Assembly: GCA_046318155.1 (NCBI GenBank)
Contig: JBKCUU010000049.1
Coordinates: 1 to 15,353 of the forward strand
Origin: Bdellovibrio sp.
GTDB taxonomy: Bacteria; Bdellovibrionota; Bdellovibrionia; Bdellovibrionales; Bdellovibrionaceae
Direction of reading: 5' to 3'
DNA: 15,353 bases
Both the position numbers and the translations under genes were made by a program. The notes below the pieces were generated by a model, which was not told the origin of the DNA, did no database searches, and saw only the letters and a list, made by a program, of their open reading frames with translations. Shown piece after piece: positions 1-8,698 of the stretch; within the stretch, counting starts at the first letter, position 1; each line of letters begins with the position of its first letter.

Positions 1-134
1 GGTGGTCTCGCTTTATTTTAGAGGATGAGAGCCCCCGAGTCGTACCACCGTTTAGGGCAAAACTGACCCCATTTTTTGCAGACCCTTCTTTCTTTGGAAA
101 ATTCTTTAGTGTCGCGAAAGAGACACGTTGCTAA
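1..134 (+). CDS. Possible 3' end of an upstream gene (partial, unknown product)
   Basis: Frame 3 is open from the window edge to TAA at 132-134 (WSRFILEDESPRVVPPFRAKLTPFFADPSFFGKFFSVAKETRC*). No recognisable motif. Confidence 0.3.
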   Translation, partial: WSRFILEDESPRVVPPFRAKLTPFFADPSFFGKFFSVAKETRC

Positions 135-224
135 GGACCACGGAAGGGGAGCGAAGACGCCCATCGAGATCAAATTGCTGCGCTGATTGGCGAAAATACG
201 GTAATGTTCAACCCTGGAGCCAAG

Positions 225-683
225 ATGAAAAAACCTCTTCAACTCGTCTATGACCAGCTCAGGCAGGGAGTGTCTGCGCATGAACTGGCCTTGACCGTAG
301 CTTTGGGGGCAAGCCTTGGCTTGCTTCCGATGTTTGGCGTGACCACCATTTTTTGCCTCCTGGTTGCCGCCGTTTTGCGACTCAATCAGCCCATTCTTCA
401 GGTCGTCAATTACAGTATGACGCCCTTGCATTTGCTGATGATACCGGTTTTTTTGCGAACCGGTGAGTCCCTACTGGGCGTCCGGCCCATTTCGTTTTCA
501 GTCGAAAAAATGGGGACCGATTTCGGCCAGGATCCACTGGCGTTCATACAAGATTATAGCTGGGCTGCCGTGCATGCCGTCTTTGCTTGGGGCCTGATCG
601 CGCCCCTCATCGGATTCGCTCTTTATTTTATTCTGAAGCCGATTTTTCTGAAGCTGGGTGCTCGGATCCACCCGTCACTTTAG
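225..683 (+). CDS. DUF2062-family small membrane protein
   Basis: Pattern S.HELALTVALGASLGLLPMFGVTT...RLNQP...NY...PL resembles DUF2062, with several hydrophobic segments. GGAG at 216-219 precedes ATG 225; the alternative ATG at 204 has no SD. Confidence 0.8.
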   Translation: MKKPLQLVYDQLRQGVSAHELALTVALGASLGLLPMFGVTTIFCLLVAAVLRLNQPILQVVNYSMTPLHLLMIPVFLRTGESLLGVRPISFSVEKMGTDFGQDPLAFIQDYSWAAVHAVFAWGLIAPLIGFALYFILKPIFLKLGARIHPSL

Positions 684-743
684 TTTCGCCCACTGTCGTG
701 CTTTGTGACTCCCCACTTTCCTACCAAATCATACCATTTTCGC

Positions 744-929
744 GAGGTGACCCTTGTCGCCAAGAATTCTGTTCTGGGTTAGGTTGTGGTCAGGTCGATC
801 GCCAGGATTGATGAGATTTATTGGACTTCGATCCCCGATCGCCGGTAGAACAACAACACCTGACCGACTGGCAACCAGTCTGCGCGAAAACCGCAATGGT
901 GACGCGCGAAGAGTGCATCCTCCATTTTT
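744..929 (+). ncRNA. Candidate structured small RNA (~180 nt, rod-like)
   Basis: Nested complementary segments: 744-747/919-922, 756-762/897-903, 788-795/858-865, 796-801/836-841, 805-811/828-834. TACCAT -10-like hexamer at 732-737 and a T-run at 925-929. No family match recognised. Confidence 0.3.
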
Positions 930-2679
930 ACATGCGCTCGGGAGCCGGGATTCCTAGAAGACCCAGCCCATTTTTGAGAACCTCGCGTGTGGCCAGAGCC
1001 AAGGCTAAGCGCGAGTTCTTGAGCTCTGAAGTTTGGGCCTGGCCGATCGAGCACTCGTGATAAAAGTGGTTAAACTTTTTGGCGGTCTCGAGCAAATACG
1101 TACAAATAACCGAGGGGCGGTAGTTTTCGGCGGCTTGAGCCACCACCTGATTAAAGTGAATCAAATGCGACATCAATTTACGCTCGGCGGGATGCGACAG
1201 CAGCGACCAATCAATCTTCTTATTCAAGGGGCCTAACTTTTTAAGCAGGCTTGAGATTCTGGCGGTCGAGTACTGAATAAAAGGACCCGAGTCACCATCG
1301 AGTTTGAGCCACTCGGCCATATCAAAAACGATCTTTTTGTTATTGTCGATTTTAACCATGCCGTACTTGATCGCGCCTTTGGCCACTTGCGAGGCAACGA
1401 GATTGATTTCGTCTTCGGACCATTCACCTTTGTAGCGCTCAAGATAGTTGTCCTTGACCATCTTTTGCATACTTTCGATCAAAGCCATGATCGGCACGAT
1501 ATTGCCTTTGCGCGAACTCATCGCACCATCTGGGAGCTCGACAAAGTTGTACTGCAAGTGAAAACAATCCTTCGCTTGTTCAAAACCCAAGCGCTTCAAA
1601 ACTTCAAAGACTTGGCTAAAGTGCAAAGCTTGTCGCTGATCAACAACGACGACATTTTTTTGAATTTTGTGATCTTGAAATTTCCGCCGCGCGAGCTCAA
1701 GATCCTTGGTGGCGTACAAACCGGTGCCGTCAGACTTAAGAAGCAGACAAAACCCCAGATTCACATCGGCGAGATCCATCCCGACGGCCCCTTCGGACCG
1801 AATCAGTTTACCTTCTTCGAAAAGTTTTTTGACGTACTCAAGACTGGGTGAATCCACTTCAGACTCCCAGTACCAGTGATCAAAAACAATTTCCATCCAG
1901 CCATAGACCGACTTCATCAGCTCGATCGACCATTCGCGGGTCTCGGACCAAAGATCATAGTACTCGCCCTTTTTAAGTTCGAGTTGTTTGAGGATCTCGG
2001 TCAGCTTTTCACGATTTTCAGCTTCTTTGGCGGTTCCAAGCTCATCTTCAAGTTTGAGGTGGGCCTTTGAATACATGTGCCCGAGCCACTCCCCTTTTTT
2101 TGTCACCGGAACGGGATCGGTGTTGTGAAACTTCATATACCAAAGACACTTGGCCACGTGCGTGCCCACGTCGCCTGGAAACGTCGAGCTGATGATTTCG
2201 GTTCCTGAGTAGCGAAGCGTGCGGATCAGCGCATCACCCAAACACGCATTTCGCATGTGCCCCACGTGCAACTCTTTGTGCGTGTTGGGCTGCGAGTACT
2301 CGATCATCGTTTTAGGCATTCGGCTGAACAGCGGAGTTTTAAAGTACGATCCATTGAGGATAGAATCGAGCGCCCATTTGCCCACGCCGGCCGGCTTAAG
2401 CCTAAAGTTCACGTAAGGACCCGCCGCGACAGCGCTCTCGATCAAATCATTGGGGACTACGGCCTTGGCAACTTCACCCGAAATTTGCGGGGGACCTTTG
2501 CGCAGGGCTTTAGCCAACTGAAAGCAGCCAAAGGCCAGATCACCCATCTCGGGATTGGGAGGCTCAACCAGGGCATCATGAAGCTCCTGCAGAGAGGGTT
2601 TCTGCTCCTCTGCAACGGGCAAAATCGAATGCAGTTGCTCAGCAATCGCGGCTCGAACGGGATCAAACAGATTTCGCAC
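928..2679 (-). CDS. argS: Arginine--tRNA ligase
   Basis: N-terminal PP..MGDLAF and GPYVNF segments; HIGH-type motif EYSQPNTHKELHVGHMRN; LLKSDGTGLYATKDL; KMSKS-equivalent AMSSRKGN; C-terminal DALR domain ending LGIPAPERM. GTG start with GAGG at 2693-2690. Confidence 0.98.
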   Translation of the reverse strand: MRNLFDPVRAAIAEQLHSILPVAEEQKPSLQELHDALVEPPNPEMGDLAFGCFQLAKALRKGPPQISGEVAKAVVPNDLIESAVAAGPYVNFRLKPAGVGKWALDSILNGSYFKTPLFSRMPKTMIEYSQPNTHKELHVGHMRNACLGDALIRTLRYSGTEIISSTFPGDVGTHVAKCLWYMKFHNTDPVPVTKKGEWLGHMYSKAHLKLEDELGTAKEAENREKLTEILKQLELKKGEYYDLWSETREWSIELMKSVYGWMEIVFDHWYWESEVDSPSLEYVKKLFEEGKLIRSEGAVGMDLADVNLGFCLLLKSDGTGLYATKDLELARRKFQDHKIQKNVVVVDQRQALHFSQVFEVLKRLGFEQAKDCFHLQYNFVELPDGAMSSRKGNIVPIMALIESMQKMVKDNYLERYKGEWSEDEINLVASQVAKGAIKYGMVKIDNNKKIVFDMAEWLKLDGDSGPFIQYSTARISSLLKKLGPLNKKIDWSLLSHPAERKLMSHLIHFNQVVAQAAENYRPSVICTYLLETAKKFNHFYHECSIGQAQTSELKNSRLALALATREVLKNGLGLLGIPAPERM

Positions 2680-2695
2680 GGCTTAATGTCCTCAC

Positions 2696-2732
2696 TAAAA
2701 ACAAGAAGGCCACCCCACCGGGGCAGCCTTCT
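2696..2732 (-). terminator. Rho-independent terminator-like hairpin between subtilase and argS
   Basis: Minus strand AGAAGGCUGCCCC-GGU-GGGGUGGCCUUCU forms 13 bp including 2 G-U pairs, followed by UGUUUUUA. Confidence 0.65.
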
Positions 2733-2733
2733 G

Positions 2734-2762
2734 ATTTTGCATTACTTTAAGCGAAAGAACAA
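2734..2762 (-). promoter_or_regulatory. Possible sigma70-type promoter for argS
   Basis: TTGTTC-17 bp-CAAAAT on the minus strand. Confidence 0.3.
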
Positions 2763-2781
2763 CCGCGCTTTGCTTTTGAGA

Positions 2782-4458
2782 CTATCGAACGATGGCAGCA
2801 ACTGCGGCTTCTGCATTGATCAAACCAGCGCCGTGCTGATTTTGGTCATTGGGAGTCATCGCCTGAGCCGTTGCTTTAATTGCATCACGGATCTGAACAG
2901 GAGTCGCTGTGCGTTTTGCCGACTTCATCAAAGCCACAACACCCGCGACGTGGGGGGTTGCCATTGAAGTTCCATCGAACGCGGCATAATCTGTTTTCAT
3001 TGTTTGGATGACCGCACGAGCGACTTGGCCACGCGCGCCGGCACTTTTGAGCTCTTCACCAACAGTCTGCTCAATCATCACGACAGGAATCGCGACCGTT
3101 GAACCATCCTGAGTCAGTGCGCCTTGGATCAAACCGGGAGCGTTGTTGAAGATCACAACACCCGCAGCACCGGCTGCGATTGCGTTTGTGACTTTATCAG
3201 TAAACGCGATCTCTCCGCGGCTGATCAAAGCAAATTTACCGCGAACGTTTGCCGCTGCGAAATCTCCGGGTTTACCAAGACCAGCAAAGACCAGGTCGTT
3301 CGTCATCGGATTTACAATGTCAGGTGCTCCAGAGAAGCTGGTTGATTTGACCAAACCTTCTTGACCAGCAAGACCCGCCAAAACTCGAGACTCTCGGCCT
3401 GAACCAACAGGAACCGAAGAGATGACGCCCGCACCAGGTGCAACGATATCAAGTTCAGGACCCCAGTTTGAAAAATCTGTTTTTACAATTTTATCATTGA
3501 TCGCGCCCACTGCCAAAACTGTGGGGAAAGCAGCCGGAAAACTCACGCGGCCTTGGCCATCATTGCCTGAGGCAGCAACGATCGTGATGCCAGCACGCTC
3601 AGCGGCTTCAGCCGCGCGCTTTTCAGCCGCCGTTGCGAAAGGTCCGCCCAGTGACATACTGATGACATCCACTTTCTCTTGGATACCCCAGTTGATACCA
3701 GCTGTGACCGCAATGTTCGAGCAACCTTGCTCCGAGCACACTTTACCAGCCAAAAGCTTTGCCGAAGGCGCAACACCGGCAAAACCGTCAGCACTGAGAG
3801 CCGCGGCAATGGTGCCCGCGCAATGAGTGCCGTGACCAACCACATCAGCCTCGGGGTAGGGAAGACCCGCACCGCTGCCCGAGAAGTCTCGAGCCTTTTC
3901 AAAGTTAGGCTTCAAAGCGGGGTGCTCTTTATCGATACCAGTATCAAGAACCATGACGCGAGACCCTTGGCCGAGGTTGCCTTGTGCCCAAACGCCGGGA
4001 GCTTTCACCGAGTAAATACCCCAAGGAGTTTTAGGACCTGTTGACCCCGAACTTCCAACAGTGGCGTAAGCCAAGGAGTAGTCCCACGCTTGAGTGCGGA
4101 CAAACCCTTGAACAGGTTTAGGAGCTGGATGAAACATTTCTTTTTCGACAAACGCGACCGCGCCGCTTGCTTGCAACGCTTGTAGAGCGCGTTCATCCGT
4201 GGCCTCAACAACCAGCGTATTCAAGTTCTGAAAGCTCTCTTCAACCTCCACTTGCGCTTGCGCGAAAGGCATGGAGTAAGTCGTTCCCTTTTGAATGCGG
4301 ACCGAGTCTAGAGGCAATTGCTTCATCAGCAACTGAACGTGAGTCTGTTGAAAAACGTCTTTATCTTTGAAGACAACCATGTAGCGAGCTGCGTGAGCTT
4401 GACCAGAAAGCATCAGTGCCGAGATCAAGATAAGTGCAGATTGAGTCAATGTGTTCAT
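2782..4458 (-). CDS. Secreted subtilisin-family (S8) serine protease with propeptide and inserted PA domain
   Basis: Signal peptide ending AHA; catalytic motifs VLDTGID, HGTHCAG and GTSMATPHVAG; oxyanion AASGN; PA-domain segment GKFALISRGEIAFTDKVTNAIAAGAAGVVIFNN. Confidence 0.95.
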   Translation of the reverse strand: MNTLTQSALILISALMLSGQAHAARYMVVFKDKDVFQQTHVQLLMKQLPLDSVRIQKGTTYSMPFAQAQVEVEESFQNLNTLVVEATDERALQALQASGAVAFVEKEMFHPAPKPVQGFVRTQAWDYSLAYATVGSSGSTGPKTPWGIYSVKAPGVWAQGNLGQGSRVMVLDTGIDKEHPALKPNFEKARDFSGSGAGLPYPEADVVGHGTHCAGTIAAALSADGFAGVAPSAKLLAGKVCSEQGCSNIAVTAGINWGIQEKVDVISMSLGGPFATAAEKRAAEAAERAGITIVAASGNDGQGRVSFPAAFPTVLAVGAINDKIVKTDFSNWGPELDIVAPGAGVISSVPVGSGRESRVLAGLAGQEGLVKSTSFSGAPDIVNPMTNDLVFAGLGKPGDFAAANVRGKFALISRGEIAFTDKVTNAIAAGAAGVVIFNNAPGLIQGALTQDGSTVAIPVVMIEQTVGEELKSAGARGQVARAVIQTMKTDYAAFDGTSMATPHVAGVVALMKSAKRTATPVQIRDAIKATAQAMTPNDQNQHGAGLINAEAAVAAIVR

Positions 4459-4493
4459 GTCCCCCCCTGGAACAAAGTTTCTCTTGCAGAAGG

Positions 4494-4522
4494 ATGATCA
4501 ACAGTGAGGGGGGCTATTTCAA
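4494..4522 (-). promoter_or_regulatory. Possible sigma70-type promoter for the subtilase
   Basis: TTGAAA-17 bp-GATCAT on the minus strand, about 35 nt upstream of ATG 4458. Confidence 0.4.
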
Positions 4523-4664
4523 GCATGAATTCTTTGGCGCTTTCATTTTTTTGCACTTTTTTTGGATGTCCCCAAAATAGAATAAAAATGAAAACTTCTG
4601 TGAAATTCAAAATGTGTGAAGAAAAACGGCTCAGCGATAAAGCAGAGCCTCACCAAGCCTTTGC

Positions 4665-4724
4665 ATAAGAAATGCTTATACGTACCCATATTGGAACCAG
4701 AGAAGATGCTTAAAAATTAAGCAT
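4665..4724. promoter_or_regulatory. Two related palindromic sites (candidate transcription-factor operators)
   Basis: ATAAG-N5-CTTAT at 4665-4679 (fits the LysR T-N11-A geometry) and ATGCTTAA-N3-TTAAGCAT at 4706-4724. Both contain ATGCTTA. Confidence 0.35.
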
Positions 4725-4750
4725 ATCAAAATATGTGGCGCCGCGTTGTT

Positions 4751-7700
4751 TTACGGCGCCACTGCGTGAGTTGCCGCTTTCACACCGAGGTGACTTTGCG
4801 GGTACAAAATCCGTTTCACTTTGCCGTCAGCAAGTTCAATCACCTGATTGCAGTCGCGAACCGTTCCTAATCGATGCGCGATCATCACGATCGTCATGTT
4901 CAGACACTCTTCGCGAACCAGCGTTTGAATGAGGGCATCTGTCTGCACATCCACGCTGGCCGTCGCTTCATCCATGATCAAAATTTTGGCCTTGAGCAAA
5001 AGTGCTCGCGCCAAGCACATGAGCTGGCGCTGACCTTGACTCAAGTTGTGGCCGTTCTCGACGACTTCTGTCTCGAGCCCTTTCGGCAAGGACCGAATCC
5101 AAGTGGCCAGCTGCGTCCGCTCCAGCACCCGCCAAACTTCGGCCTCTTCAAATTGATTGAAGCGATCAAGGTTTGTCTTGAGTGTGCCCAAGAATAACGA
5201 CGGATCTTGCGGAATTACCGCCAGCACGGTTCGCAATTTGGGCAGCGGAACGCTCGCAATGTCGACCCCGTCGATCAAGATCTGTCCCTCTTCAAGCTCC
5301 AGAAAGCGAAACATCGTTTGAAAAATGGTACTCTTTCCAGAACCCGTGCGTCCGATCAATCCCACCCGCGTCTGACCGTCGATCTTAAAGTTTAATCCTT
5401 TTAAGACTTGCGGGAGATCCCGCGCGTATCTGGCTTTGACATTCACGAACTCGATCTCGCCTCTGCTGGGCCAACCTTGTAAAGTCGGCGACCTGGGCAA
5501 GAGGGTTGACTTTTCTTGCTCGAGCTCGGACATAAAACGCACGCGCTCAACCGATGTCATGCGCGCCTCAACGTCCGCCCAAATGCGAACACCCCAATTC
5601 AGAACGCCCCAAAAATTGAGCGAGTAGAGCGTGAGCAAACCCGCCACTCCGGGAGTGAGCGCACCGATCGAAACGGCGTGCACAATCGCCAGCGACGTGG
5701 ACATCGCCACCAGTGCACCAACAACAGGGATCCGAGTGGAGAACCAACGGTTGATCATGTAATGCCCATAGAACATTCGTTGATTGTGCGCCAAGAGGTC
5801 ATAGAACCCTCGCATGAACCACTCCGTGCGATCGAAGGCGCGGATCACGACTAAACCTTGAAGCGTCTCTTTAAAATGCACGTACCTGGGTGAACGCGAA
5901 ACGCTGTCGAGGCGTTTGGCTTCACGCGCAGCCACGCGGTACATCTTCTGAAACCGCCAGTACACAAACAGAATTGGCACGATGCCAACGAGCACAATCG
6001 GAAGAACCGACAGGATCAGAAACAACGTCACCAAAATTTGCGCAAAACACTTCATCGAATGCTCAAACGTCCACTGCAGTTGAATGTCGATGGACTCAAG
6101 GTCTCTCGAAAAGCGCTGAAGGACACGCCCGACCGGCGTCGAATCAAAAAATCGAACCGGCGCACCCAAGACTGATTTTAACATCGAGTCATGCATGTCG
6201 CGTCCCGCACCCAATCCACGCCTAAGCCAAAACAAATCGGCTGCCAATATCCCGCCGAGGGTGAACAAACCAAGCACGCCGTAAACCAAAACCGCGTGCG
6301 TGGGTTTGAGCACCCAGTCTTGAACACCCACTGCAGAGAAAATTCCGGGCAAAGGCGATACGTTTGACTGCACGTTTGAAACAAATCCGAGCCAAGACTT
6401 TTGCATCAGCGGAAACGCGGTCGAAGCACAAGCCGCCAGCGCCAGACCCAACCAGATCCACGGACGCGCCGCCAAGTTTTTGCCACCAAGAGAGCGCAGG
6501 TAGTCCGCATAAACCGATCCTTGAACGGCGCCCATCTCGCGGTCCTCTTCTTGGGTAATCTGCAAGGCAGATCCCGAGAGCGCGGCACCCGAGTCCTCGG
6601 TCTTTGTGTCGTTTCCGAATTCGGCGTTTTGCGTTTTTTCGTGTTCTTGTAAAAAATCACGGTACTCGTCATTGGTTCGCATCAAGTCTCCATGCGATGC
6701 AAAACCTTTGACGCCGCCGTCTTTCACAAACAAAACGCGGTCAAATTCGCTCAAGTGCTCAAGCCGGTGCGTGATCACCACCCGAGTCTTTCCAGCCCAG
6801 GACTTCAGAATCAATCGCTCAACAATCTTTGCTTCGGTTGAGGGGTCCACAGCTGATAAAGGATCATCGAGCAAGTAAAGTTCGGCTTCTTGCAAGTCAG
6901 CACGAGCTAAACTCAGACGCTGCTTTTGCCCACCCGAGAGATTCACCCCTTTTTCACCGATCTCAGTATTAAGACCCGAGTCCCATAAACGCATATCTTC
7001 AATCAAGCAGCTCCGCTCGAGCGCAAGCTGAAGCCGTGCATCGGTCGCAGACCGGCCCAACAGCAAATTCTCTCGCAAGGTCCCGTTCACCAAGTAGGCC
7101 TCTTGCGAAACAAAAGCTTTGCTTAACGCCGGCACCTTCAAAGTGCCGACCCCACGAAGCTCACCTAAGAGCGCCAGCATCAGTGTGCTCTTTCCGGAAC
7201 CCACGGGTCCGACGACGGCAACCAGCTCTTGCGGCCCAATCTCGAAAGACAGGTTTTTTAACGTCGCCGATTCGGCCCCCGCGTAGGTCATACTCCAGTC
7301 GCGGAACTCGATAGTGGTGGTGGTCGCCTTCAAACTTGAAGCCTGCGGCAATTCCTGGCGAACCTCTTTGGCCAAGAACGCCGCGATCCGACGAGCCCCG
7401 ACTCGCGCATTGGCAAAAGCCGAGATCTGCCGACTCAAGCTTGAAAACGGATCTTCCAGCAAAGTGAACAAACTCACGCAGGTGAAAATAAGAGCCGCAG
7501 ACAGTTCAAACCCACGCCATGAATGCACAAACAGCACGACAAAAAGAACCAAGGTGCTCACGGCAACATAGCTCATCGTGGCCAGCAGCTCGGCAAAGGC
7601 TAACTTCTTTCGAGCCTCGAGTTCGCGGTTTCGGACAACCTCTACCTCTTTGGTCACACTTTGCTCCCAAGCAAAGAATTTGACGACCCGGATGGCGGAT

Positions 7701-8473
7701 AGAATTTGTGACATCAATGTCACCCGCTCATCGCGCTCTTTCATGAGCCGCTCATCGAGCCTTGAGAAATCGGCTCCCACTTTTTTAGTCAGCGGGATCA
7801 ACGCTAAAAGCAGGACCCAGGCCACCACCGAAGTCGCACCTAAAAAGTTCGCCATCATGACGGCAACACCGATCAACACCACAAAGTTGTAGAGCAGCTC
7901 GCCAAAGACCGAACCGACATTGGCCACCGAGTCCGAATCGGAACTCATATGATTGACGATGTCCCCGATCGGAGTTTTCTCGCGCGACTCTTTTGACAAG
8001 CGCAGCGCATGGCCAAAAAGCTTCTTGTTCAGAACATTCGTATACACTTGGTACAACCGCAAAATACGGTAAAAATAATGCTGAACCGCGAGTCCCGAAA
8101 ACATGCCCGTCACGCCGATGAGGACCGCGATCACCCACGTCCTTGAATCGGTGGCACGCCCCTGTTCGAGTGCTCCCACGAATTCGTGAACCAAATAAGG
8201 GCTCATCAAGTTGAAGGCTCCGCAAAGAGCCATCAGCGAAAATCCCGGCAGCCATAATTTGCGCGAAGAGCGAAACATGGTTTTCAGGATTGATTTTTCA
8301 CTGGTCCAATCAATCAGACTCTCATCAAAAGCCACGTTTCGGGGATGCAAGTCCGCCGGCAGCTCGGGCAAATCCCCAGCCTCAAGACTTTTTTTGCTCC
8401 CCAGTTTAACGACGGGATCGATTGTCTGAAAAAACAGATGTTTGATAAATTTAAATTCCATTGCCGTGTCCAT
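4751..8473 (-). CDS. Single-chain ABC exporter, ABCC/MRP-like (TMD-NBD-TMD-NBD)
   Basis: NBD1: GPVGSGKS, EIGEKGVNLSGGQKQRLSLAR, degenerate Walker B LYLLDDPLSAVD. TMD2: FFDSTPVGRVLQRFSRD, SRSP...HFKETLQG. NBD2: GRTGSGKS, IPQDP.LF.GT, LSQGQRQ, ILIMDEATASVD, IAHRL. The start could be ATG 8461. Confidence 0.95.
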   Translation of the reverse strand: MDTAMEFKFIKHLFFQTIDPVVKLGSKKSLEAGDLPELPADLHPRNVAFDESLIDWTSEKSILKTMFRSSRKLWLPGFSLMALCGAFNLMSPYLVHEFVGALEQGRATDSRTWVIAVLIGVTGMFSGLAVQHYFYRILRLYQVYTNVLNKKLFGHALRLSKESREKTPIGDIVNHMSSDSDSVANVGSVFGELLYNFVVLIGVAVMMANFLGATSVVAWVLLLALIPLTKKVGADFSRLDERLMKERDERVTLMSQILSAIRVVKFFAWEQSVTKEVEVVRNRELEARKKLAFAELLATMSYVAVSTLVLFVVLFVHSWRGFELSAALIFTCVSLFTLLEDPFSSLSRQISAFANARVGARRIAAFLAKEVRQELPQASSLKATTTTIEFRDWSMTYAGAESATLKNLSFEIGPQELVAVVGPVGSGKSTLMLALLGELRGVGTLKVPALSKAFVSQEAYLVNGTLRENLLLGRSATDARLQLALERSCLIEDMRLWDSGLNTEIGEKGVNLSGGQKQRLSLARADLQEAELYLLDDPLSAVDPSTEAKIVERLILKSWAGKTRVVITHRLEHLSEFDRVLFVKDGGVKGFASHGDLMRTNDEYRDFLQEHEKTQNAEFGNDTKTEDSGAALSGSALQITQEEDREMGAVQGSVYADYLRSLGGKNLAARPWIWLGLALAACASTAFPLMQKSWLGFVSNVQSNVSPLPGIFSAVGVQDWVLKPTHAVLVYGVLGLFTLGGILAADLFWLRRGLGAGRDMHDSMLKSVLGAPVRFFDSTPVGRVLQRFSRDLESIDIQLQWTFEHSMKCFAQILVTLFLILSVLPIVLVGIVPILFVYWRFQKMYRVAAREAKRLDSVSRSPRYVHFKETLQGLVVIRAFDRTEWFMRGFYDLLAHNQRMFYGHYMINRWFSTRIPVVGALVAMSTSLAIVHAVSIGALTPGVAGLLTLYSLNFWGVLNWGVRIWADVEARMTSVERVRFMSELEQEKSTLLPRSPTLQGWPSRGEIEFVNVKARYARDLPQVLKGLNFKIDGQTRVGLIGRTGSGKSTIFQTMFRFLELEEGQILIDGVDIASVPLPKLRTVLAVIPQDPSLFLGTLKTNLDRFNQFEEAEVWRVLERTQLATWIRSLPKGLETEVVENGHNLSQGQRQLMCLARALLLKAKILIMDEATASVDVQTDALIQTLVREECLNMTIVMIAHRLGTVRDCNQVIELADGKVKRILYPQSHLGVKAATHAVAP

Positions 8474-8698
8474 TCACGGGCCTTGTGCCCTTACTGTGCG
8501 GAGAATATCCTTTCACCGCGTTCTTTATTCTTCAAAACGAATTGCTCTATTTTTGTCGTCTGCCATCAAAGCCCGAAAGCCTTAAAAATCAGATCCCAAA
8601 TGGGAAAACTTGAATCTCGAGGGACTCGCCGTGACCTTGCTTTTTTGAACCTTCAGGATCTTTGCGCCCGTTATGAGAGCGTCTCTAAAAGACAGTCT

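Noticed and set aside
18..431. 137-aa minus-strand ORF
   Set aside because: Largely antisense to the well-supported DUF2062 gene, with no motif.
737..890. Retron msr/msd, RNase P or SRP interpretation of the structured region
   Set aside because: No reverse transcriptase nearby; lacks the RNase P GAGGAAAGUCC motif and length; lacks the SRP helix-8 CAGG..GGAA..AGCAG motif.
754..1060. Short ORFs 754..957(+), 821..1060(+) and 818..1054(-) at the argS 3' end
   Set aside because: All overlap argS and lack protein-like features. 754..957 has GAGGTG 4 nt before a TTG and cannot be fully excluded, but RNA structure explains the region better.
2680..2781. T-box riboswitch upstream of argS
   Set aside because: The spacer is only 102 nt and has no UGGNACC T-box bulge or stem I specifier.
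3602..3615. GCGGCT-TC-AGCCGC resembling the apical core of the palindromic elements
   Set aside because: Lies inside the subtilase CDS, is explained by Ala/Glu codons (AAEAAE), and lacks the flanking GAGGC/GTCG motif.
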